Assembly: GCA_947648495.1 (NCBI GenBank)
Contig: CANSOA010000003.1
Coordinates: 26,701-90,700 of the forward strand
From: an uncultured Clostridium sp.
Lineage (GTDB): Bacteria; Bacillota; Clostridia; TANB77; CAG-508
Direction: 5' to 3'
Length of the DNA stretch: 64,000 bases
Shown here one piece after another: positions 48,757 through 58,581 of this stretch. Numbering within the stretch: position 1 is the first letter of the stretch; each line of letters starts with the position of its first letter. The notes beneath the pieces are model-generated. The model saw only the letters and a list, made by a program, of their open reading frames with translations, was not told the DNA's origin and did no database searches. A program made the position numbers and the translations under genes.

Positions 48757-49494
48757 TTATATAATTTTTAATTTATTATCTTTTTGTATTTGCTTTCTAT
48801 AATTTACAAATATTATTACTAATAATATAATTGTTATACCTGCATAAATTGTACTTTCTATTGTCATTTTAGGAAATTGGCTATACTTTAAAATATAAGT
48901 AACAAATGCATTGGGCAAATTAACAAAATACGACACAACAAAATTATTATTAGATAATTTAAAAGCAATTGCAAAAGCTATACCTACTACAAAAAGAAGC
49001 ATAATATCACTAAATGTTCTAAAACCTGGATAACCTAAATGGTAAAGTGAAAATAACAAACCTGAAATTATAATAGCAATACCATATCCAAATTCTTTCT
49101 CTATTCTTGTTTGAATGAAACCACGAAACAAAAATTCCTCAAAAAAAGTAGTCATAATAAGTGGTAAAATAGCAATAGGCAATACATTCCAAGACATTTG
49201 TTCCCCTGTTATAGTTTTAGGTATAATTTGTCCACCGATAGAAAATAATACGAAAGAAAATAATACAATAAACTCTCGTTTACCTAACTTTTTTATTCCA
49301 ACTTCTTCAAAATTTTTCTTCTCTTTTAGTAAAATTAAAAGTGGTAATAATACACTTATAACTATACCATAAATTAAATTATAAAATATATAATATATAG
49401 AATTATTAAAAAGACAGGCTATACTAATAAATATCACAATTGCTAATTCTATTAAGCAACAAAATAATATAAATTTCCAATTTTTCACAATCAT
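48757..49494 (-). CDS. CPBP-family intramembrane metalloprotease
   Basis: FEEFLFRGFI and LFSLYHL motifs; multi-TM. Confidence 0.8.
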   Translation of the reverse strand: MIVKNWKFILFCCLIELAIVIFISIACLFNNSIYYIFYNLIYGIVISVLLPLLILLKEKKNFEEVGIKKLGKREFIVLFSFVLFSIGGQIIPKTITGEQMSWNVLPIAILPLIMTTFFEEFLFRGFIQTRIEKEFGYGIAIIISGLLFSLYHLGYPGFRTFSDIMLLFVVGIAFAIAFKLSNNNFVVSYFVNLPNAFVTYILKYSQFPKMTIESTIYAGITIILLVIIFVNYRKQIQKDNKLKII

Positions 49495-49575
49495 ATTTCT
49501 CCCACAAATTACTTATACTGATATTATCATAAAAGCAGACAATCATCAACTAATCATCTACTCTATACATGTAAT

Positions 49576-50385
49576 TTATCTTTCTTTTTTCATAATGTAT
49601 AAACTATATATTCCAAGTAATATATAAGTAGGTAAAATAATATATAGACTTATATTAGGATAACTTGTAATACTTGTAAAGCAATATGGTAAAGCACACA
49701 CATTTATTATAAAATGCAAAATAATTGGTAACCATAGATTATTTGTTTTCTTGTATATTGCTCCAAAATACATTCCCATAGCAATAGTCCATACTATTTT
49801 TGTAATTATAATAATTATTGATTGTCCCAAAACTCCGAATATATGTCCTAATCCAAAAATAACAGAAGATAGAATAATTGCTATAATAGTATTATTTTTC
49901 TTTTTATAACATAGTTTTTCAATAAGATTTAATAAGAAACCTCTCACATATAATTCTTCAACTAATGCAACACCTATATAATAAATAATACCCTCAATTA
50001 AAACTTTCCATATTGTTGGACTATAATTGAAAGGTGTTAATCCCATATAAAAGGCAATACCTGATATAATGCCTACAACAGCTCCAATTATACCATATTT
50101 CTTAAATCCATTTTTCAATTCATTTTTATTAAGTCCTAATTTCCAACTAGGGCAAAGATATTTTAATGTTAAAAAGGTAATTACCCCAATAATTATGAAA
50201 TTAAACATAAGTGTCCAATAGAATGGAGTAATATCTAGCACTTCAATATTTATAAATAATGCACTAGGTAATCCACTTATATCCATAAATGCTAATAATA
50301 TTGTGAGAATGCCAATTATAATTAACTCTTTCTTTTTCATACTATACCTACTTTCAAAATTGTAATTTTTTGTTATCCTAGCCAA
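49576..50385 (-). CDS. CPBP-family intramembrane metalloprotease (start may be the internal MKKKELII at about 50340)
   Basis: VEELYVRGFLL and IFGLGHI motifs; multi-TM. Confidence 0.8.
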   Translation of the reverse strand: MARITKNYNFESRYSMKKKELIIIGILTILLAFMDISGLPSALFINIEVLDITPFYWTLMFNFIIIGVITFLTLKYLCPSWKLGLNKNELKNGFKKYGIIGAVVGIISGIAFYMGLTPFNYSPTIWKVLIEGIIYYIGVALVEELYVRGFLLNLIEKLCYKKKNNTIIAIILSSVIFGLGHIFGVLGQSIIIIITKIVWTIAMGMYFGAIYKKTNNLWLPIILHFIINVCALPYCFTSITSYPNISLYIILPTYILLGIYSLYIMKKER

Positions 50386-50557
50386 CCATTATAAAATGCT
50401 ATAACTCCTAACATTGCACCTATAACCATTGCAATTAATGTTGTAACTATTAACATTGGATTTTCCTTAAATAATTTTACTAATTCTCTCAAATCTTTCA
50501 TTTCATATTTTCTCCCATTCAATACTTATAACTTATGGTTCAGTAATATCTTTTGGA

Positions 50558-50812
50558 TTATAGTATTTGCTTTTTTATCTCATCAATAGATAACCCCTGA
50601 TCTTTTAGTTCTTTTATATCATCTATTCTGCTAATACTTTCAACTCTTTTATATCTTCTCGTTAAACCATTATCTTCTTGTTCAAAAGGTAAAATTCCTT
50701 CTTCTGTATAATATTTAAGTGTACTATATCTCATGTTTGTAATTCGTACTAATTCTCCTATTGTTACATATTCAGAGTTCATAATTATTTCCATATTTCT
50801 TTGTCTTGACAT
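50558..50812 (-). CDS. Small MerR-family HTH regulator
   Basis: VTIGELVRITNMRYSTLKYYTEEGILP is the MerR N-terminal HTH; 84 aa. Confidence 0.8.
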   Translation of the reverse strand: MSRQRNMEIIMNSEYVTIGELVRITNMRYSTLKYYTEEGILPFEQEDNGLTRRYKRVESISRIDDIKELKDQGLSIDEIKKQIL

Positions 50813-50828
50813 AGTATTATCACCTTCC

Positions 50829-51494
50829 TTAATTTAGTGAAGTTAGTAGAATACTAGCTGTTAGTGCTGACATATCACTTATAACTGATTGGGCTACTTT
50901 TACTTTTTTTGATATTTGTGTATTTTTTATTTCGTTTAATCTATTATTTAATTCTTCTTTTTCATATTTCGTAAAAATATTTTTTAGAAATTTAGTAGAA
51001 TTTAGTAAAGATGTTAATAAAATTAAATCTTCTGTTAGTTTTCCTTTTTCTAACACTTCAGACCTTATTTCTTCTATAATATTGTTAAATTTACTTTCAT
51101 TTATTTGAATTTTTTCTTTACTTCCAAGCAATCCTTTTTTATTTTCTATAACTATAAGTTCTTTTTCTAACATACCTTCTTTTAATGCTTCAATAACACT
51201 TTGTAATTTTTTATTTGGCAATGTATAACAAATTGATGTTATTATATTTTTTAAAGGTATTTCTTCTTTCTTTAAGTCTTTCATAATTTCATATAAGTTT
51301 TTGTTATAATTGGAAATTGGTAGTTTTTCATTAAGTTTTACTTTGTTTTTATCAGTAATTTCTAAATTTCCATCTAACATCATTTCTATCATCATAGATA
51401 CAATTAGATGTGGTGTTAATTCGTTTTCATATAACATCTTTTTCTCTTTCAACATACATAAAGTATATTTTTCCGTAATATTTACATTATTCAT
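50829..51494 (-). CDS. GPP34/GOLPH3-like family protein
   Basis: 221 aa. The N-terminal pattern LCMLKEKK...LIVSMMIEMMLDGNLEI resembles bacterial GPP34 proteins. Weak call. Confidence 0.5.
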   Translation of the reverse strand: MNNVNITEKYTLCMLKEKKMLYENELTPHLIVSMMIEMMLDGNLEITDKNKVKLNEKLPISNYNKNLYEIMKDLKKEEIPLKNIITSICYTLPNKKLQSVIEALKEGMLEKELIVIENKKGLLGSKEKIQINESKFNNIIEEIRSEVLEKGKLTEDLILLTSLLNSTKFLKNIFTKYEKEELNNRLNEIKNTQISKKVKVAQSVISDMSALTASILLTSLN

Positions 51495-51670
51495 AATACA
51501 TTTCTCCTTTTCTATAAATAGTTACTACTTATTACTTACTACTTACGATTTAATTATAGTACTCTTTTTTAAAATTGTCAATAATATTTAATGAAAAAGG
51601 CTCTAATTAAGAATTAGAACCTTTGTGCTAATTAAACTATTTTGAAATTTGCATTTTTCTATAAATTGTA

Positions 51671-52066
51671 TTACTTTCTATTTTTCTTTTCTAATATAAT
51701 TGCCATAATAGATATAATTAAAAATAATCCTGTATAGTTTATAAATATATCTTGATATGCTGATGAAGCAAGTGGTTCTCTAAAACCAGTTAGCCAAATA
51801 TAAAAGAAAGTAAGCAACATTGTTGGAATATAAGTTACTATCATTCTAACAAGTGTATTCTTAATAGGTAGTTTTGTCGCCATTTTATAAGCTAAAACAC
51901 CTATTAAAACTACCAATGCTCTATCTATCTCATGCCAATTTCCATTAGGATCTGAATATGCACCACTCACTAAATAAGCAATGCTATTTACTAAAGTTGT
52001 TATTGTATATATAACACAGTATATAAATACTGAATCTTTAAGCCATTCATTCCATATTTTTTTCAT
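51671..52066 (-). CDS. Small integral membrane protein (about 4 TM)
   Basis: Hydrophobic profile only; 131 aa. Confidence 0.45.
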   Translation of the reverse strand: MKKIWNEWLKDSVFIYCVIYTITTLVNSIAYLVSGAYSDPNGNWHEIDRALVVLIGVLAYKMATKLPIKNTLVRMIVTYIPTMLLTFFYIWLTGFREPLASSAYQDIFINYTGLFLIISIMAIILEKKNRK

Positions 52067-52251
52067 TTTAAATTTTCCTCCAATTATTTTGATAATTCGA
52101 TTATATTATAAATTTAAAAAAGAAGCAAATCATTTAACTTGCTTCCTTTATTACTCATTATCTTATAAACCATACTCTGAATGTGGTAATTCCAAATATC
52201 TATTTCATATTAGCTTTATAATAATATATAAAATTATATAATCTTATTTAC

Positions 52252-53503
52252 TTACTCTACTTGGTGTTTACTATATGTTTTCTTTGCACAAATTAATGCT
52301 ATAACCATCATAAAAATATAAGTAATTATAGTCATCATAGGTAAATCAATAACAATACTTCCAAACTTATATGATACCATTTGAGAAAAGTTTGAGTATA
52401 TTGCATTATATGGCATTAAGAATAATATTTTATTGAATATTCCAAATGCTGATTTTATGCTCAAAAATACTGGCAACATAATAATAGCAATATCTATTAC
52501 TAATACTGTCATAGGGTTTTTAAGTTTAGATGATAGGAATAAGGTTAATCCAACCATACCAAATAATACTGTATATGAAATCGCTATATTGTATAAAAGT
52601 GATTGGAAGAAAGTTAATGCGTATGGGCTTAATATTGAGTTAAGCTGTATTGGTAAATTTCCTCCATCTGTACCAAACATTAAAAATATACTTCCGATTA
52701 GCAAATATTAAATATATCGTAAATACTATGCTAGCAAATATATAGCAAGCAAGTATTTTTGCTGTTACACCTTTACTTTTTCCATATTTTGTAGTTAATA
52801 ATATTTTATCTGTACCATTTTGATACTCTCCTGCAAAAACAGATGCTAAACATATACATATAGCAATTACCCCAATTATAAGCATTTCATAAGTACTATA
52901 TAAATTAGAATATCCATAATAAAAGCCGTATTCAAATGGTGTTTTTGTGTTATTAGATTTCTCTAACCAATATTCTTTTTCTTGGTTTGAATATGTCTTT
53001 CCATCATAACTTTGATTCAACTTTTCTTCTATTCTCTGCCCTCTTGTTTCATAAAAATCTTTCTGTTCTTTTAAATTTAAATTAAATAGTTCAGTTATAT
53101 AACTAGCATTATAGTTTGCATATACACGGTTTATATTTGTTAATAGATTTAGTCTATTATTTAAATATTCATTATATATTTTAGGATTAAAATCTGTTTC
53201 TCCATCACTATTGGTAATAAGGTTCTTTGGATCATTGTGTAACTCTTGTAGTTTTTCTATTTCTTCTATAATATTTTTGTTTGTTAAAGCTCCAGATATT
53301 TCTTTTATTTGCTCTTTCCTAACACTAATAGCCTCTTTTCCCTTATATGATTTTCCACTCTTGTCGGTTGCTAGGAAGTCTTTTCCTGACATAGAAAATA
53401 GTAATGTTATTAAAATCAAACAAACTGCGATTACAATAATATTCATCTTTTTACTAAGTAATTTTTTTAATTCAAATTTCACTAACGTTCCCATATTTTT
53501 CAT
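52252..53503 (-). CDS. ABC-2-type permease, frame broken by a CGG +1 site
   Basis: Pieces 52640..53503 and 52252..52704 join as ...FTIYLIFAN|GSIFLMFGTDGGNLPIQ... when the C of CGG (plus CCG 52694-52696) is skipped. N-terminal TM, large soluble loop, then multiple TMs. Confidence 0.7.
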
Positions 53504-53514
53504 TCCTTTCTCTT

Positions 53515-54387
53515 TTATTTTTCATTTTCTTGAAAGTATGCTAAGTATAAATCTTCTAGGTTTGGTTCTACATTAACAGCATGCAAATATGGTTGTTTAT
53601 CACTCACAATTCTTAATTCTGTATAATTATTTTCTTGATGAATATTGATGATACAATATATACTATTAAGCTTCGCTACTTCTTTTTTATCATAAACTGT
53701 ACATTTCCATACCTTACCATTTAGAGATTTTAAAAGTTCTTCTGGTGTTCCTTCCAAAATTTTATTACCTTTTTTCATAACGATTATTCTATCTGCAATA
53801 AACTCTATATCTGATACAATATGAGTTGATAATATAACAATTTTGTCTTGTGAAAAACTGCTAATTAAGTTTCTAAATTTTACTCTCTCTTTCGGATCTA
53901 GTCCTGCTGTTGGCTCATCTAAAATTAAAATCTTTGGATTATTTAACATTGCTTGTGCAATTCCTAATCTTTGTTTCATTCCTCCAGAAAATGTTTTTAT
54001 TTTTTGTTTTCTTTCATTTTCTAAATTAACTATTTGTAACAATTCATTTGTTCTTATCTCAGCTTTTTCCTTTGATATTCCCTTTAATGCAGCAATATAC
54101 ATTAAAAAGTCATAAGCTGTGAAATCTGGATAATACCCAAAATCTTGTGGTAAATATCCTAGAACTGTTCTATAATTCTCTCCCAATTGCTTAATATCTT
54201 TTCCATTATATTTAATTTGACCAGAAGTTGGTTTTTGAATATCACATATCATTCTCATAAGTGTTGTTTTTCCTGCTCCATTGCTACCCAATAATCCATA
54301 AACTCCTGGTTTTAAATTGATAGAAAATCTATCTACTGCAATTTTATTTTTATATTGTTTCGTTAGTCTATCTATTGCAAGTTCCAT
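53515..54387 (-). CDS. ABC transporter ATP-binding protein
   Basis: Walker A GSNGAGKTT, signature FSGGMKQRLGIAQ, Walker B ILILDEPTAGLD. Confidence 0.9.
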   Translation of the reverse strand: MELAIDRLTKQYKNKIAVDRFSINLKPGVYGLLGSNGAGKTTLMRMICDIQKPTSGQIKYNGKDIKQLGENYRTVLGYLPQDFGYYPDFTAYDFLMYIAALKGISKEKAEIRTNELLQIVNLENERKQKIKTFSGGMKQRLGIAQAMLNNPKILILDEPTAGLDPKERVKFRNLISSFSQDKIVILSTHIVSDIEFIADRIIVMKKGNKILEGTPEELLKSLNGKVWKCTVYDKKEVAKLNSIYCIINIHQENNYTELRIVSDKQPYLHAVNVEPNLEDLYLAYFQENEK

Positions 54388-55118
54388 ATATAATCATCCT
54401 CCTCTTCAAAAAAACGATAAACAGCTTTTGTAAAATAAAATACTGTTATACATAATAAACCTATCCATACTAAAATACTTGACATTTCATATACACAAGG
54501 AAATTTTATATTAAGTATAAGTAAAATCGCATTAATTAATAACATTATCGTCATATTTACAATTTCATTTGACTTATGTTTTAATAAACGCATTGTTACA
54601 ATGTTAGCAACATTGGCTATCATAAATGGCACTAAAAAATAAAGAATTAATACATAACTTTCCTGCTCAAAATGAGTTCCAGTCACTACAGCCAATATTG
54701 TCATTACACATAAATTAATAATTGTATTAATTATCAACTTAATTGAAATCAATTCCTTTAAGTTCATCTTACAACTCATTTCAATTTCGTACATATTATA
54801 TTTAAAACTTTTTTGTAACTCCATCATTTGAAGAAAAGCTAATATTGGCATAACTAATGATAAAATTAGTCTTGTTTTTTCAAAAGCCATCGACTTTATT
54901 ACAAATATTCCTATTAGCAATAATACAAATTGAATAAGAAAAGTTGTTTTATTCATAAAAGGAACATATCTTCTTATCTTTTCAAAATAATTTTCCTTTA
55001 CTGTTATTTCAGTATTTGCTATTTCTATTCTTAATCTTTCTATCGACTGTTGCTTTTTTTGCTTATCAATTTTAGGTAAAGTGTTTTTATTTAAAATTTC
55101 TTTCCATTTCTCACTCAT
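54372..55118 (-). CDS. Polytopic membrane protein, candidate anti-sigma factor
   Basis: Overlaps the ECF sigma stop and the ABC ATPase start. Soluble N-terminus of about 55 aa, then 5-6 TM. Confidence 0.45.
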   Translation of the reverse strand: MSEKWKEILNKNTLPKIDKQKKQQSIERLRIEIANTEITVKENYFEKIRRYVPFMNKTTFLIQFVLLLIGIFVIKSMAFEKTRLILSLVMPILAFLQMMELQKSFKYNMYEIEMSCKMNLKELISIKLIINTIINLCVMTILAVVTGTHFEQESYVLILYFLVPFMIANVANIVTMRLLKHKSNEIVNMTIMLLINAILLILNIKFPCVYEMSSILVWIGLLCITVFYFTKAVYRFFEEEDDYIWNLQ

Positions 55119-55644
55119 AAACTTCCTCCTTTCCTAAATACCTACTCAATTTTTCTATTCCCTGCTTTAGTCTTGATTTAATGGTAGGTACTTTTTCATC
55201 AAGTATTTTAGATATATTTTTAATTTTCAAATCTTCATAATACTTCAAAATAATTACTTCTTTTTGTTTTTCTGGTAGCACTCTTAATGCTTTGTCAATT
55301 GAATTTTTTTGTTCTATTTTTGATAATTCATTAGAATCATTTCCTTTATAAGTTTGATTACCATCCAGTTCTTCTAACTCTACTTTATTTTCATCAAAAT
55401 AAGTGTTACACACATTCATTGCTATTGTAATTAAATAACTTTTAAATTTTCCTCTATGCTTATAAGTCCCTATATATTTAATCAATTTCAAGAATGTTTC
55501 CTGTGTTAAATCATAAGAAAGTGAGCTATTTCCTGTTTTATAATAACAAAATCTATAAATATCATCATAATATTTCTCAATTAATATCTCTAATAATTCT
55601 TTGTTTCCGTGCTGTATTTTATAGATTAATTCTTTATCTTCCAA
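55111..55644 (-). CDS. ECF-type sigma-70 family factor
   Basis: 177 aa. Region 2 (DIYRFCYYKTGNSSLSYDLTQETFLK) and region 4 (LPEKQKEVIILKYYEDLKIKNISKILDEKVPTIKSRL). Confidence 0.85.
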   Translation of the reverse strand: MEDKELIYKIQHGNKELLEILIEKYYDDIYRFCYYKTGNSSLSYDLTQETFLKLIKYIGTYKHRGKFKSYLITIAMNVCNTYFDENKVELEELDGNQTYKGNDSNELSKIEQKNSIDKALRVLPEKQKEVIILKYYEDLKIKNISKILDEKVPTIKSRLKQGIEKLSRYLGKEEVYE

Positions 55645-55832
55645 GTAAATACCTCCTTTCTTTTATAAACTAGCTTACATATAATATAACCTAAAAAATC
55701 ACAAAAAAGATTTAAAATTTTATTAAATTTTTTATTTTCTATAAAATTTAGTAATGGTATGGAAAAAAATATCAAGTTTTTTCAAAAGCTACTCAAAAAT
55801 ACTTAGATGAATTACAAAAAGAAATTAATATA

Positions 55833-55865
55833 CAAAAATAAGATGGTTCAACCGAATCATCTTAT
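55833..55865 (-). terminator. Rho-independent terminator
   Basis: Stem ataagatg (55838-55845) / catcttat (55858-55865) with T-runs on both strands. Confidence 0.6.
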
Positions 55866-55897
55866 TTTAAAAATCTATTTAACACATTCATTTTTAT

Positions 55898-57478
55898 CTA
55901 TTCTTTTGTAGAATCTATTATTTCTAAATGATTAATTTTTGCAGTTTGTTCATCTTGAGTTGGAACCTGTAATTCAGCAAAATTTCCTATGTTTTCAGTG
56001 GTACAACCAAATAATAACGTGAATTCCAAATTATCTAGGTTATCAAATGACACTTTATCTAAGTTAAGACCAGTAGCTAGATTAGGGTTTCTCGAGAATA
56101 CAATTTTATTTTCATTACTATTGACGCCTTTTATTTGCTCTTCTACAGGAAATACATAATTCATATCATCTATTTTTTGTCTCATTAAAATTTTCCATTC
56201 ATCTCCAATACACCCATTCTCATCATAGTAAAATGTAATATTTTCATCATTTATATCAATCTTTTGAATAATGAAATCTCCGCCTAAACCACTTGTAGCA
56301 GTATATGTTTTACCATCCGATTTTACAGGATACCATGTCGCTTTATCATACATTTCTTCTTCCTGAGTTTTTCCATTTTCATTAACGTTTCTATCCTCAA
56401 ATATTTTGCTCTTAGTTGGTGTTACTTTTAACGCACTCGTTGCGTTTTCTGAGCTAAGTAGTATGATGAAATTTTCTTCTTCCATAATTGTTTCGGTTTC
56501 TTTTATTTCATATTCAAATTTTTCTTGTATTTGTCCATTTTCTTTTACATATAGCCTTTTACCTGCAACACTTCCGCCATAAATCATGTTTGGTATTGAA
56601 TTATCGTTTCCATCTGTAACGTTAAAGCTAATATACTCCATTGGATTTTCATTATATTCTTTGTAAGTAATGCCATCTACAATTTTTTTAGCCTTTATAA
56701 ATTTTTGAAATTTTGTATTTGCAATTTTTTCAATGATAATTTTTGTATGCTCATCGACTTGTTGTTCTGTTAGTATAGCAGTGTTTTCATTTTCTGTTAA
56801 TTCGATTTCTGATTTTATCGTTTTTCCGATTGTTATAGCTTCATTATCACCATTTTCAAATCCAAGTATGATGCCAGAAGAAATATCTTCGATTTCGATT
56901 TCTAGATTTAAATGATTTGTGTTTTCATCCATAATATTGATAACTTGTGTATAGACATATTCATTGTCAGAAACTTTATCAACATATTCACTTACATTGG
57001 TAATTTCCCTTGAATTTACCAATACTTTTTCAGAAACGTGTAAATCATATCCCATTTCACCTATCTTTTCGATTGGTTTTGTCATTTTTTCAAAAGCTTT
57101 ATCTTTTAATTTTATTTTATATTCTGCAATAATATAGGCTTTATCTCCAGCCATACTTTCTAATGTTATATTACAATATTCATTTTCTATGGATTGATTA
57201 ATTTCTACTAAATTGTTTTCATAATTTTGACTTAATTTTAAAAACCCCATTTTTTGCATATTGGTATTTTTACTGATTCCAGCATAAGCAGTTATACTTA
57301 CAGTACTTACAATAATAAATGCTGCAACTTTTTGTAAACTATTTAATTTCATTTTATTTTTGATTTTGATATCTTCAAATTCATTTTTCTGGGGTTCAGT
57401 AAATTTTAAATTTTCATATTTTAAATAAACAGAATCTTTAAAATACTTTCTTTTTTCTTCTAACTTTTTATCCATCAT
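55898..57478 (-). CDS. Anti-sigma-like membrane-anchored protein (DUF4179-type) with a large extracytoplasmic domain
   Basis: Cytoplasmic N-terminus, single TM (VAAFIIVSTVSITAYAG), then about 450 aa outside. The start overlaps the stop of the upstream ECF sigma gene. Confidence 0.55.
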   Translation of the reverse strand: MMDKKLEEKRKYFKDSVYLKYENLKFTEPQKNEFEDIKIKNKMKLNSLQKVAAFIIVSTVSITAYAGISKNTNMQKMGFLKLSQNYENNLVEINQSIENEYCNITLESMAGDKAYIIAEYKIKLKDKAFEKMTKPIEKIGEMGYDLHVSEKVLVNSREITNVSEYVDKVSDNEYVYTQVINIMDENTNHLNLEIEIEDISSGIILGFENGDNEAITIGKTIKSEIELTENENTAILTEQQVDEHTKIIIEKIANTKFQKFIKAKKIVDGITYKEYNENPMEYISFNVTDGNDNSIPNMIYGGSVAGKRLYVKENGQIQEKFEYEIKETETIMEEENFIILLSSENATSALKVTPTKSKIFEDRNVNENGKTQEEEMYDKATWYPVKSDGKTYTATSGLGGDFIIQKIDINDENITFYYDENGCIGDEWKILMRQKIDDMNYVFPVEEQIKGVNSNENKIVFSRNPNLATGLNLDKVSFDNLDNLEFTLLFGCTTENIGNFAELQVPTQDEQTAKINHLEIIDSTKE

Positions 57479-58025
57479 AATTATTTACCTCTTTCCTTAA
57501 TATTTCTTTTAATTTTTTTCTACCTCTATGAATTAATGTTTTTACTTGTGATAAGGACATATCAAATATTGTACATATTTCCTTATAAGACAATTCTTCT
57601 ATATCAACAAGATAAATGATTTGATTCTGTGGTTCTGGTAAATGATCGATTGCAATTTTTAATTTTTGACTCTGTTCTTTATCAAAAATAGCATCTTCAA
57701 TTTCTTGTTCATTAAAAATGTATTCATTCTCTTGCAAATAGGTAATTTTCTTTTCTCTTTTGATATAATTAAGTGTTTTACTTTTTGCAATTGTATACAG
57801 GTATGCTTTTAGAGAATATTTAGAATCATATTTTTCTTGATTTATAAGAATATAAACAAAAACATCTTGTGCTAAATCTTCAGCAACATCCATACTCTTT
57901 ACAAATTTATAAATAAAATAAATTATTTTTTCCATGTATTTGTTTATGATAATTTCAAATGATTCATTATCTCCATTCAAGAATTTCTTATACAGTTTTT
58001 TATCTTCCTCCATTTTTTCCTCCAT
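57468..58025 (-). CDS. ECF-type sigma-70 family factor
   Basis: 185 aa. Region 2 (VAEDLAQDVFVYI) and region 4 (LPEPQNQIIYLVDIEELSYKEICTIFDMSLSQVKTLIHRGRKKL). Confidence 0.85.
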   Translation of the reverse strand: MEEKMEEDKKLYKKFLNGDNESFEIIINKYMEKIIYFIYKFVKSMDVAEDLAQDVFVYILINQEKYDSKYSLKAYLYTIAKSKTLNYIKREKKITYLQENEYIFNEQEIEDAIFDKEQSQKLKIAIDHLPEPQNQIIYLVDIEELSYKEICTIFDMSLSQVKTLIHRGRKKLKEILRKEVNNYDG

Positions 58026-58581
58026 TTGAATATAAGATCTTAATTCTAATTATAATACAATTTTGAAATAGGAAAAGTTGCACTTTTTATAAAATAAATA
58101 CATCAATTTTTTATACGTCTTATTGAAACCTATAAAAAATTGGGTGTAAAACACTTTTCAAATGCTTTACACCTTTCAACTTCATAATATTATATTTTAT
58201 TAAAAATTATTGTCTTTTCTTTCATTGATATTTTACTAACTTCATATCCATATTCTTTAGATTCTTGTTTATAGGTTAACTATAAATCTATAAATTGCAT
58301 AAACTACCCATATAAGCCAAGAATATATCCAAGCCTTAAATACAATGCTTACTGTTAAATACACAATAGCAACTATTATTGCTATTATCCAATTCATCAT
58401 TTTTTTCTTATCCATTATTTCTTACATCCTTAATAAATTACTCGCTTTCATTATAACATTATTATAAAAAAATGTATATAAAAATAATAAGCCAGAAAAT
58501 TTTATTATAAACTATTTTAGTGTATATCATATAAATATGACATCTGTCTGTCATATTTAGAACAAAGTGAACAATTTATTA

